DNA from: Escherichia coli
GTDB taxonomy: Bacteria; Pseudomonadota; Gammaproteobacteria; Enterobacterales; Enterobacteriaceae
Strand: one strand, 5' to 3'
Assembly: GCA_036348995.1 (NCBI GenBank)
Contig: GCA_036348995.1_4855.1
DNA length: 49,610 nt
How positions within the stretch are numbered: position 1 is the first letter of the stretch; every line of letters begins with the position of its first letter. Positions 22,077 to 30,978 of this stretch are shown piece after piece. The notes below the pieces were generated by a model. The model saw nothing but the letters and a program-made list of their open reading frames with translations. It had not been told where the DNA came from and ran no database searches. The position numbers were made by a program, and so were the translations under genes.

Positions 22077-22328
22077 TTACCCATTGCTAACCTCTCTTAA
22101 CTCAGCCGTAAGAGCCATAATCATCCCATCCTCTCTTTCCCATAAAATCTCACCACCCTCAGACATCACAAGCTGCCATACAATCTGTGCAGCCTCTTCT
22201 GTCACATCTCTTGGGGGTTTATTGCCAACACGAACTCTCATTCCTGACTTATGTTCTTTCATCATTGCAAGAACAATTTTTTTACTTAACGGAGAGAATC
22301 CAAGCTGTAATTTTGGTGTGCTGCTCAT
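22077..22328 (-). CDS. hypothetical early protein
   Basis: ORF track. Confidence 0.4.
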   Translation of the reverse strand: MSSTPKLQLGFSPLSKKIVLAMMKEHKSGMRVRVGNKPPRDVTEEAAQIVWQLVMSEGGEILWEREDGMIMALTAELREVSNG

Positions 22329-22391
22329 TCGTAAATCTCCACTAAAGCGTGCGCCACATAGAGCGCACTGATAATTAATATGAAAGGGTAA

Positions 22392-22607
22392 CTATTCGCT
22401 TTTAGCCAGGCTTTCGAATTGCTGGCTGGTGGTGTCATGCTCCGCCTCAATAAGCATGCCATCAATAATCTTCCTTGACTCATCAACGAGTCTGTTAAAT
22501 CCAGCATCATTAATGACAGGAACTGGCACAAACCTGATTCCTGCTGACGCAAGCGCATTAGCCATCTCAAGCAATTGCCTCAATTCAACTGGCGATGCTC
22601 TTTTCAT
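22392..22607 (-). CDS. hypothetical early protein
   Basis: ORF track. Confidence 0.4.
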   Translation of the reverse strand: MKRASPVELRQLLEMANALASAGIRFVPVPVINDAGFNRLVDESRKIIDGMLIEAEHDTTSQQFESLAKSE

Positions 22608-23053
22608 TGCTTGGCTCCTTGTTCTTCCAGAAAAATACGCATAGCCTCAAGCATCTCTCCCGTGTCATACGGAGACAACCTGTCACGCAGGATGTGCTCA
22701 ATGCTGTTAATGAACCTGCTGATTGCTTTGCGTTCAATTTCAGCCAGGAAGGCGTCGGTTGCTGGCGTTTCTTTGTCGCACATGAACTCAAGCGCGTCAT
22801 TCCCATCAATATTGCAGAACTCCCATGCTGACGAATAGAACTCGATTCCAGGCCAGACTAATAGTTTATTCATTTTGTAATTTAGCCCCGCATTCTCCGC
22901 AGCCAGCGCCGCGCAAGCTCGCTCTGCGATATCGAGTCTTGTTGCAAGAGCCTTGTAATCAGAATATTTAACATATGATTCGGAGATATCATCGCCATCC
23001 GTATTGAGCCACGCGTCGTTGCAGTTTACTGCGTATGTTTTAACTTCACTCAT
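22604..23053 (-). CDS. hypothetical early protein
   Basis: ORF track. Confidence 0.45.
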   Translation of the reverse strand: MSEVKTYAVNCNDAWLNTDGDDISESYVKYSDYKALATRLDIAERACAALAAENAGLNYKMNKLLVWPGIEFYSSAWEFCNIDGNDALEFMCDKETPATDAFLAEIERKAISRFINSIEHILRDRLSPYDTGEMLEAMRIFLEEQGAKQ

Positions 23054-23283
23054 ACCCTAACTCCCATAATTTCTTCGTAATAACCATCTTCTTTAAACTC
23101 AATCTTTGCGATTGTGAGCGCATCCTCATCAGTGATGTCAATCGCTTTGAATTTGCACTTCGCCAGCACGATGCAGACAGACATGATTAGCCACTTGTTC
23201 CACCAGCGCACTCGCCTGATTGTCCTGCTTGCATACATTGTGTTCTGCACTAACCAGAACTCGTATGTTTTTACTTTTTCCAT
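23050..23283 (-). CDS. hypothetical early protein
   Basis: ORF track. Confidence 0.4.
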   Translation of the reverse strand: MEKVKTYEFWLVQNTMYASRTIRRVRWWNKWLIMSVCIVLAKCKFKAIDITDEDALTIAKIEFKEDGYYEEIMGVRV

Positions 23284-23287
23284 ATCA

Positions 23288-23911
23288 TCACCCTATTTCA
23301 CATATCATATAAACTTTCCTCATTAGGCCGTCAAACAGCATTGGGTGTATAGAATCACATAACCCCTTCATTTGCTTTGCTTGCTTTATCTTTTCATTCT
23401 TCCATGCCTGATGCGCTTCAATCACCGAACTGAAATAGCCTAAAAATACTGTACGACCATTACCATCACCTATGTGCGCCTGATAAGCGCCAGAACACTT
23501 ATTAAATGACACACCTATAGGCAAGTCACCTCTCGAGGCATTCCTTGCTGTCACGAAGTTGTTTAGGTGTGGAGGAACGTAAACACATGCTTCAGGTGAG
23601 TAAGTCAAATTACCCGGAATCAATATATCCTTATCAAGGTGCCACCCTTCGACGTAATGGTTCTTCCACCACAAATTAAAGTTTGAAAACAGCAGCCACT
23701 CATTACAACAAGTAACATGCTCATAGGTTTTGTGTTGTTTTTTGTATTCATCATCAAAACACCTCCTGAGCATTTGATACCATTGGCTATATCCATAATG
23801 CTGCACCTTTTTACCATCAACTTTCATCGCCACACCGAAGCCACAATCATTAACTCCAACACCAAATATTGGCTTTCTTTTCCCTTTCTTTATATCTCTG
23901 TTAAGCTCCAT
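23288..23911 (-). CDS. divergent HNH/AP2-like endonuclease candidate
   Basis: C-terminal AP2-like GVSFNKCSGAYQAHIGDGNGRTVFLGYF; WHLDKD...SPEACVYV core. Confidence 0.4.
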   Translation of the reverse strand: MELNRDIKKGKRKPIFGVGVNDCGFGVAMKVDGKKVQHYGYSQWYQMLRRCFDDEYKKQHKTYEHVTCCNEWLLFSNFNLWWKNHYVEGWHLDKDILIPGNLTYSPEACVYVPPHLNNFVTARNASRGDLPIGVSFNKCSGAYQAHIGDGNGRTVFLGYFSSVIEAHQAWKNEKIKQAKQMKGLCDSIHPMLFDGLMRKVYMICEIG

Positions 23912-24038
23912 TTTTATGGAGAGATTTTTCTTTTGCATTTCTTTTCCTCATGGCCTTTAGTCTGCAATATGGACAGCAGTACTTCTTGTCACTTCTGCAT
24001 CCTGGCAACAGTTCTTTCCCGCACATCAAGCACTTCAT
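23901..24038 (-). CDS. zinc-ribbon microprotein (about 45 aa)
   Basis: MKCLMCGKELLPGCRSDKKYCCPYCRLKAM from hand translation. Confidence 0.3.
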   Translation of the reverse strand: MKCLMCGKELLPGCRSDKKYCCPYCRLKAMRKRNAKEKSLHKNGA

Positions 24039-24141
24039 TATTAATCCTCACAATAAAGATAACACATAGCTGTTATCATATCAAGATGATAATGCAAGCC
24101 ATTATCACAATAAAAATATCAAAAAGTGATAGCTTTCCCGG

Positions 24142-24324
24142 TCAGAACACGATAATCAGCTCATCCATTACTCTTCGCTTGCCTTCACCATTAAACACGC
24201 GCACAACGCGATTTACGCGTACAGATTCCATTGCATTGCGTGCCTGCTTGCTCATAAAGTTCTGCGCGCCAACGTGACCGAGTTCCTGTTCAAGCTTCTC
24301 ACGACGATAGATAGTCTTTGCCAT
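24142..24324 (-). CDS. hypothetical early protein
   Basis: ORF track. Confidence 0.4.
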   Translation of the reverse strand: MAKTIYRREKLEQELGHVGAQNFMSKQARNAMESVRVNRVVRVFNGEGKRRVMDELIIVF

Positions 24325-24504
24325 TTGTTAAACCTCATAAGAGTTAATGATTGCCTTAATGCGACGGCGATACCACTGCATGATGTGTTCGTTATGCCAG
24401 TTGCTCATTCTGTTACTCCTTATACCCTGATTTAGAAACTGCCACTGCGATAATGATGAACGCCACAATAACCAGACTGGCGATGAATTCGAATGATGCG
24501 CCTG

Positions 24505-24651
24505 TCATTTACTTAACCCATACGCCGAGATTAAAGCCTGCATTGCTGCATTCCAGAATGCTTCTGCAGGAATACTGTTGTTTGTGCGCTCAACTGCAAT
24601 GCGTGCCATAGCCTGTGCATCTTCAAATTCTTCACGGTCTTTGATTTTCAT
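24505..24651 (-). CDS. first gene of leftward early operon (48 aa)
   Basis: SD GAGGGTGA then ATG at 24651 (minus); hand translation. Confidence 0.4.
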   Translation of the reverse strand: MKIKDREEFEDAQAMARIAVERTNNSIPAEAFWNAAMQALISAYGLSK

Positions 24652-24681
24652 TTCTTCACCCTCAGTTGTTTCGATAAGTTC

Positions 24682-24710
24682 AATCTACATCAGTTGTGAT
24701 TCTACGTCAA
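24682..24710 (-). promoter_or_regulatory. leftward early promoter TTGACG-N17-TAGATT
   Basis: on minus strand: TTGACG at 24705-24710, TAGATT at 24682-24687. Confidence 0.55.
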
Positions 24711-24720
24711 CACACAGAGA

Positions 24721-25310
24721 AAGAAAAATCACGACTAAATGTTAGTGAACGTTAGCTTACATATATAGTTACATACATTACTAATAGTAACCTTTGTTTA
24801 TTACCTCTATAAAGTATATTAAGATCTTCTCTATATTTATTATAGATATTAGTAGCTTAGGTCGCAGAAACACGAAAACCAGCAATTAAGCTGGTTGATT
24901 TCAGTGGTTTCTATTTTTTTCTAATTTCTTCTACTTTCCGACCCGATGGGAAATGAAATTCCTTTTGTTTTTAGATGCTTCCAAGCGTTTTATTCTCTAT
25001 TTTCTATTTCCCGAGAATCATTTTGGTTTTTTTTCTTTCCAGAATTTTTTTTCAAAAGTTCTAGGTTTTTAGGAATTTAGAAATTAGAACTTAAACCTTT
25101 GATTTTACTGGTGTTCCATTTCCCAGTCATCTGGGAAATGGAAATTTGCATGTTATTGAAAATCAAGGTGAATTTCTATTTTCCACACCTTTATACTCCC
25201 GTCTGGAGGAATCGTCAATACTCATAACCAGAACAATCGACGTGGAATGTGTTGACTGCTCGTTTGTATTTTTTTATACTTTTATCAAAGTTCAGATCAA
25301 TGTGAGGCAA
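24721..25310. promoter_or_regulatory. AT-rich divergent control region with iterons and perfect inverted repeat; candidate origin
   Basis: no ORFs; repeated TTCTATTTTC and GGGAAATG(A/G)AAAT; 11-bp IR CCATTTCCCAG-TCAT-CTGGGAAATGG at 25116..25141. Confidence 0.45.
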
Positions 25311-25313
25311 GTG

Positions 25314-25532
25314 ATGAGTATTGAATACCGATTCGGGAGTGCGATAGCTGAGGTTTATGATTTTGTGTGCAACATGTCGGTTGGTGAAGAAAGGGTTTTT
25401 CATTTTGATGAATTTGTTGTTAATGATTTATCCAGTTTCAGAATGAGCCTTAGCAAGATTGCTGCAAGGAATGGATGGATGTTTAAGACGCGGGCTAAGG
25501 AAGATGGTTTGTGGGTGAAGAGAATTAAATGA
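25314..25532 (+). CDS. hypothetical early protein (paralogue of next gene C-terminus)
   Basis: ends ...GLWVKRIK; next protein ends ...TAYVERIK. Confidence 0.45.
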   Translation: MSIEYRFGSAIAEVYDFVCNMSVGEERVFHFDEFVVNDLSSFRMSLSKIAARNGWMFKTRAKEDGLWVKRIK

Positions 25533-25547
25533 AGAGTGGGGTGAGAT

Positions 25548-25970
25548 ATGAAGAAGTACTACATTGAGGTGGTTGGCGCTGGTGGTAAGAAAATGTATGT
25601 CTGCGGTCGCTATGGTTTTGTGCATGATTTTGCCTATGCAAGCCGCTTCAGGACAAAAGAAGAGGCTGAGAAGAATTTAGCTAAACGTAGAATGAGTCTT
25701 TCATACAAAATAAAATGTGATGAGCCACGAGTGAAAGAACTGGCTGTATCTGTACGTGAATCAAAGAGGACCATGGATGATGAGGCTCGCGGTTTCGTCT
25801 GGAGGCTTGGAGTTGGGCGTGGAAAGCATTTTGTTTTTGATGGATCTACCTTAATAAGTACGGCTAATCAGTTGCAAAAGGCTTTATACAGAGTTGGAAG
25901 GGAGTCAGAAAAAAAATTCAGTGTCAAGATGGTTACGCGCGATACTGCTTATGTGGAGAGAATTAAATGA
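25548..25970 (+). CDS. hypothetical early protein
   Basis: SD GGGGTGAG; ATGA overlap with primase. Confidence 0.45.
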   Translation: MKKYYIEVVGAGGKKMYVCGRYGFVHDFAYASRFRTKEEAEKNLAKRRMSLSYKIKCDEPRVKELAVSVRESKRTMDDEARGFVWRLGVGRGKHFVFDGSTLISTANQLQKALYRVGRESEKKFSVKMVTRDTAYVERIK

Positions 25971-28300
25971 TGATTGGTTATGAAGATTACCGTAGATGCA
26001 GCTTCCCTATTATCGACATTCATCCAATGGATGAGGAGCGCAACTGTACTTGTGGCGATCCGGAATGCAAGGCTGCGGGAAAACATCCGATTATGAGTAA
26101 CTGGCAGCTTGGTATCCAGTGGGATGATGAGCAGATTGAAAGCATGGCTAAGTATGGCAAGTTACAGTCATTCGGTGTTCTTGTGAATGGGTACCTTGTT
26201 GTTGATATTGACCCAAGAAATGGCGGTGATGATGGATATGAGGCGTTGTGTGATGCGTTAGATATTGAACTTGCTGATGAATCTGGTTTTACGGTTAAGA
26301 CTGGTGGCGGTGGTCGTCACATCTATTACAAACTTCCTGCTGGTGTGAAGTTGCGATCTCATGACAGGAGATTTAATGGCATTGACTTTAAATCATCTGG
26401 TTTCGTTATTGGCTGCGGCTCTTTCCATAAGTCAGGTAACTTTTATGAAGCTGAGCATGGTTCTCCTTCTGAGATAACTGAAGCTCCGTCTCAACTTATT
26501 GAACTTCTGCTTCGCCCTGAGAGAGCAGAAGATGAGGTTTTCTCGCTTGATAGTAAAAATTACAGCATTGCTGAAATGGAGGACATGCTCAGGTACATCA
26601 AGGATGGCGATGAGTACAATCCGTGGATAAATGTTGGGATGGCTATCCATGAAGCAACTGACGGTAATGGGTTTGACCTGTGGAACAACTGGTCATCACA
26701 GTTCAGCAAATACCGACCAGAAGAGATGGATGCCAAATGGCATTCCTTTGGTAAAGATGGAATTGACGACAAGATAACCGCAGGCACTCTTGTTTATCTG
26801 GCACAAGAGGGCGGATGGGTAAGGCAAGTAACTTTTGAGGCTACGCCAGAGGAAATTGAGAAACTTGAGTCTTTCGAGCGGGAAATGGCAATGGGTGTTG
26901 GTGAATGCCCTGTAGAGTACAAAAGCGTTGATGTCCGTTATCCGCCGGGTTTTGTTGGTCGCCTTGCTGCATGGATTAATAAGAACTGTGCAGAGAAGCG
27001 CGAGAATATTGCAGCACTTGCCGCACTACATGCCGCATCCATGATTTGCGGAGCGTCATCTGATATTTACCTTACAAACAGGAAGGCTTTACCAAATCTT
27101 TTTGCTGTTGGCATTGCGGGTTCCGGTTCAGGTAAAGGTGATGTTCTTGCAGCACTACAAAAGATAATTGATTGCTCAGGATTGAGTAAGACTGTCGCCG
27201 GTAAGATACGTTCAGAGCGTGCGATATATGAAGGTCTGTGTGCTAACCAGATGTTTAATATCATCATGGATGAGATTGGGATAAAACTTGGGAGTGTTGT
27301 TGGTCAGAAAGTAAGCGAATACAACATGGCAACCGCTGGTGCGATCATGGAGGCTTACACGTCAGAAGTTCTTTATTGTGACCAGCGTGTTACTGAGGAT
27401 TTCATTAAGTCTTTCGAAAAGAGAAAGGCTATGCTGTTGATGGCTATTGAGGAAAATGAGATACAGGCAGACCCAGTTGACATTAAGTGTCAGTTTGATG
27501 ATGTGATAAACAGAATTGACGGAGCTATAAGGAATCCATTTTTTTCAATCTTTGGTGTGTCTACTGATGATCAGTTTAAGCGCCTTATTACTGAAGAAAA
27601 CATTAAGTCAGGTCTTATGGGGCGCGCAATGATTATGCAGGAGTTGCAGGAGATTGCTGACGAAAACGAAAGCGTCAACTACTGTGATCTACCTATGGAT
27701 ATGCAACTGACCATAAAAACAATAATAAATGGCGGAACGGCTGGGCACAAAAACTGGACAGATTCAATCATCAGCCAAAAAGAAAGAAGGATTATAAAAG
27801 CTACACCTGAAGTTTCTCAGCTCGCTAAGGAGTTCTTCTCATGGATTAAAACCGTTGCAAGAAAGCATGTAGAAAACGGTACTGGTTATCACCCATTGAT
27901 AAACAGATGTGCTGTTAAAGTTGCAAAGATTGCTGGAATTCTCGCGTGCGATACCGGCGTCATAACCATGGAGCACTTGCGATATGCAGTAGCATTAACA
28001 ATTAAATCAACAAGCGACCTGATGATGCGTGCTGACAGCATTGCCGGAGCGAAGTCTAAAGCTATGGAGGAAAGGGTTGAAGGCCTGTTCTCCATGGTTA
28101 AAGAACATGTGAAACGCGGAATGACTAAAACAGCAATGATTAAAGGGGTAGCAAAAGATGGTGGATATAAGCGCGCAGATGTCGAGAGGTGTGTGGATAA
28201 GTTGCTATCCGATGGGGTTATTTGCATTGATGAAAGCGCAAAAAGAACATCCAACAGAGCAGTTATTTACAAATTAACAAATGATGAGGTTGAAATATGA
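25967..28300 (+). CDS. DNA primase (PrimPol-type N-domain) with C-terminal P-loop domain
   Basis: VVDIDPRNGG, GGGGRHIYY, GSGSGKG. Confidence 0.75.
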   Translation: MMIGYEDYRRCSFPIIDIHPMDEERNCTCGDPECKAAGKHPIMSNWQLGIQWDDEQIESMAKYGKLQSFGVLVNGYLVVDIDPRNGGDDGYEALCDALDIELADESGFTVKTGGGGRHIYYKLPAGVKLRSHDRRFNGIDFKSSGFVIGCGSFHKSGNFYEAEHGSPSEITEAPSQLIELLLRPERAEDEVFSLDSKNYSIAEMEDMLRYIKDGDEYNPWINVGMAIHEATDGNGFDLWNNWSSQFSKYRPEEMDAKWHSFGKDGIDDKITAGTLVYLAQEGGWVRQVTFEATPEEIEKLESFEREMAMGVGECPVEYKSVDVRYPPGFVGRLAAWINKNCAEKRENIAALAALHAASMICGASSDIYLTNRKALPNLFAVGIAGSGSGKGDVLAALQKIIDCSGLSKTVAGKIRSERAIYEGLCANQMFNIIMDEIGIKLGSVVGQKVSEYNMATAGAIMEAYTSEVLYCDQRVTEDFIKSFEKRKAMLLMAIEENEIQADPVDIKCQFDDVINRIDGAIRNPFFSIFGVSTDDQFKRLITEENIKSGLMGRAMIMQELQEIADENESVNYCDLPMDMQLTIKTIINGGTAGHKNWTDSIISQKERRIIKATPEVSQLAKEFFSWIKTVARKHVENGTGYHPLINRCAVKVAKIAGILACDTGVITMEHLRYAVALTIKSTSDLMMRADSIAGAKSKAMEERVEGLFSMVKEHVKRGMTKTAMIKGVAKDGGYKRADVERCVDKLLSDGVICIDESAKRTSNRAVIYKLTNDEVEI

Positions 28301-28692
28301 TTAACTACAAGTTCATCGTAATGAAAGGATTGTTTGATTACTTTGAATCCGAAGACCCTGAAGGTGGTCATCACAACGCAATCTCTCTGATGACAGGTAA
28401 ACACCTGATGGAGGTTTACTACTGGAAGTTTCCCGTATTCCGTTGCAATATGGGAGTCTGCATTGATGATGACGTTTTGTTTTGCAGGATAAAATACAAA
28501 AACAATATTGGCATAGTAACAGCTGCATACAGGGATGTTGCAAAAAAATCAGGGAACTGGCATCCAAGCGAAGTATTCGCTGGTGACGCACTATTTAATT
28601 TCTGTAAGGCGTTTGGTGTTTTGTATGAGGATGTAAGCAAAGAGTATAGCGGAAGGCGTGAGAAAGATAGCTTAAGCTCAAAAGGAGCATAA
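28297..28692 (+). CDS. hypothetical protein
   Basis: ORF track. Confidence 0.4.
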   Translation: MINYKFIVMKGLFDYFESEDPEGGHHNAISLMTGKHLMEVYYWKFPVFRCNMGVCIDDDVLFCRIKYKNNIGIVTAAYRDVAKKSGNWHPSEVFAGDALFNFCKAFGVLYEDVSKEYSGRREKDSLSSKGA

Positions 28693-28695
28693 CAA

Positions 28696-28724
28696 AAAGC
28701 CCGCAAACGCGGGCTTTATTATTT
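28696..28724. terminator. bidirectional intrinsic terminator
   Basis: hairpin AAAGCCCGC-AAAC-GCGGGCTTT plus T-run. Confidence 0.7.
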
Positions 28725-28964
28725 AACAATCCATTTTGTAACAGCTGGCCTTAAATCTTCCTTTCTGAAAACTCCACCAGTAAGTTTCTCGGCATCAATT
28801 GCTGCTGTAGCGCTAATTCTTCCTCTTGACACCCACTGATTGACAGCCTGTTTTGACACACCAAGAAACCTTGCCAGTTGTGATTGCCCTCCAACATAAT
28901 CAATCAGCTCTGATAGCTTTGTCTGTTCCATTTCTCTTATCTGTTCTGCGATGCTTTTCATGTG
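28719..28964 (-). CDS. Cro/YdaS-like helix-turn-helix regulator
   Basis: QSQLARFLGVSKQAVNQWVSRGR; lone minus-strand gene inside replication island. Confidence 0.55.
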   Translation of the reverse strand, partial: HMKSIAEQIREMEQTKLSELIDYVGGQSQLARFLGVSKQAVNQWVSRGRISATAAIDAEKLTGGVFRKEDLRPAVTKWIVK

Positions 28965-29095
28965 TTTACCTCTGCTATCTGTATGCAGCAATAATGAACT
29001 CAAAAAAAATTTTCGTCAAGGTATTGCGTTTACCATCACGTTGACGTATCTTTAAGTCACACCAGCGATATGCTGAGTTAAATCGAGAGGACACT

Positions 29096-29938
29096 ATGAG
29101 CTTATCAATGATTCAAAAACCAAAACCGGCAGCACCAATCATAACATTGGTTGGTACTCCAGGTGTAGGCAAGACAACTCTTGCAGCGCTATTCCCAAGC
29201 CCAGTGTTTATTCAGGCTGAAGAGATCACTGGTGTTTTTGACGACTGGGATGATGAAAAGAAACCAGATTCATTTCCTGTACTGAAGCGAGCTGATGCTA
29301 AACGCAAAACAAGCACAAAGGATGATTTGCTGTCACAGCTACGCGCATTAATTACTGAGGAACATAATTACAAAACGCTTGTAATTGACTCAATCACAAG
29401 CCTGCATTCAATGTTTGAACATGAGGTTTGTGAAAATTACGGTGTTGACAACGTTGGTTCTGCGGCTGGCGGTTACAATAAAGGATATATTGTTGTTTCT
29501 GAAATGCACGCTGAAATAATAAATGCATGTAAGTATCTTCGCAAAGAAAAAGGGATGAGCATTATTTATCTTGCACACGCAGGTGTTAAAAAGATGAAGA
29601 ATCGCCCTGATGCTGATGAATACACCGTTTACACACTTGACATGCATGATGCTTCAGTTTCTGGTTATGTGAATCTTAGTGATGCTGTTATTTACATCAG
29701 AAATGAAGAGTTTGTGAAAGGGACTGAGACTGATAAGAAAGGGCAAGTCACTAAGTTTGGGAAGGTTGTTCAGACTGGTCAGCGAGTTCTTATCACCTCT
29801 GGTGACGGTCGGGTTGGGTATGTTAATGCAAAAAACAGATACAACCTTGAACCTGAAATTCCTTTTGAAAAAGGTGAGAACCCACTTTTGAGTGAGATTA
29901 AATATTATGCATCTATACGAGATAACCAAACAGCTTAA
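29096..29938 (+). CDS. Sak4-like RecA-fold ATPase (recombination)
   Basis: Walker A GTPGVGKTT; adjacent to SSB-like gene. Confidence 0.6.
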   Translation: MSLSMIQKPKPAAPIITLVGTPGVGKTTLAALFPSPVFIQAEEITGVFDDWDDEKKPDSFPVLKRADAKRKTSTKDDLLSQLRALITEEHNYKTLVIDSITSLHSMFEHEVCENYGVDNVGSAAGGYNKGYIVVSEMHAEIINACKYLRKEKGMSIIYLAHAGVKKMKNRPDADEYTVYTLDMHDASVSGYVNLSDAVIYIRNEEFVKGTETDKKGQVTKFGKVVQTGQRVLITSGDGRVGYVNAKNRYNLEPEIPFEKGENPLLSEIKYYASIRDNQTA

Positions 29939-30386
29939 TGAACTGCTGGCGATGGAGGATATTCCACGTGAGCAGATTGAAGATACCATCAATCTTATTG
30001 AAGAGGAGTTTGAAGGAAAGGCTGAAATGGTTGCTGCTTACATTCGTGAGCTTGAAGCTGATGAAGCTGGACTTAAATCCGAGATTGACCGTCTTTCTGA
30101 GCGTAAGCGTGTCTTAGTTGCGAAGATTGATAACCTTAAAGATTATCTTCGTCAAAACATGATGGCGTCAGGAAAGACAAATATCAAAGGTAAGTTGTTC
30201 AGTATCACTCTTGGCAAACCGTCACCAGTTCTTGATGTGTTTGTTCCTGTTGAACAGCTTCCTGAGCAGTACCGGGTTGTGAAAGTGTCGGCAGATAACG
30301 CAGCAATTAAAAATGCGATAAAAGCCGGGATTGAAATTAAGGGTTGTGCCATCACCGACGGCAAACCGAAACTGATCATCAAATAA
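29907..30386 (+). CDS. hypothetical protein (Gp157-like?)
   Basis: position between Sak4-like and SSB-like genes. Confidence 0.35.
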   Translation: MHLYEITKQLNELLAMEDIPREQIEDTINLIEEEFEGKAEMVAAYIRELEADEAGLKSEIDRLSERKRVLVAKIDNLKDYLRQNMMASGKTNIKGKLFSITLGKPSPVLDVFVPVEQLPEQYRVVKVSADNAAIKNAIKAGIEIKGCAITDGKPKLIIK

Positions 30387-30403
30387 ATCGAGAGGACACA
30401 AAA

Positions 30404-30925
30404 ATGGGTTTCTGGAATCTTTCTGACGGTAAAGCTGTTGAATCTAAATCTGAATTTGAACTTGGTGGTGGTTTTGAAGTAATTCCTGATGGTAGCCGTG
30501 TTCTTGCTGCCGTTGAAGAATGTAAAGACGACCAGTGGGAAGGTGAGCGATTCTTCAATCTTAAGTGGCGAATCCTTGAGGGTGAGTATAAAAATCGCAT
30601 CATCTTCCAGAAGCTGAAAGTATTTAGCTCAAAAGAAAAGCAGCGCGACAATGCTATCACTATGCTTGCAGCAATTGACACAAACGCCGGTGGTAAGCTG
30701 ATGGCATCAGGGAAAGAGCCGACTGATTTTGCTATTGCCAGCGCGCTTGCAAATCGCCCAATGATTCTTCTTCTGCGCGTTTGGGAGTCTGAGGATAAGC
30801 AAAAAACTGGTAACTATGTGGCTGGCGTTTTCAGTCGTCAACAGACAAAAGCAGCACCTGCTCCTAAGCAATCTGCACCGTCTAACGAGCCTCCGATGGA
30901 CTTTAGTGATGATGTGCCTTTTTAA
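30404..30925 (+). CDS. ssDNA-binding-like protein with SSB-type acidic C-terminal tip (PMDFSDDVPF)
   Basis: C-terminus matches E. coli SSB tip; N-terminal domain divergent. Confidence 0.6.
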   Translation: MGFWNLSDGKAVESKSEFELGGGFEVIPDGSRVLAAVEECKDDQWEGERFFNLKWRILEGEYKNRIIFQKLKVFSSKEKQRDNAITMLAAIDTNAGGKLMASGKEPTDFAIASALANRPMILLLRVWESEDKQKTGNYVAGVFSRQQTKAAPAPKQSAPSNEPPMDFSDDVPF

Positions 30926-30978
30926 TTTAGATTGGAATGACAGGGCCATTCGTGGCCCTTTTTATTCGAGAGGACACT

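Noticed and set aside
28719-28964. Lysogeny module (repressor plus integrase) implied by the Cro-like and antirepressor genes
   Set aside because: No integrase, excisionase or CI-like repressor anywhere in the genome; the two regulators are more consistent with early-gene control in a virulent phage.
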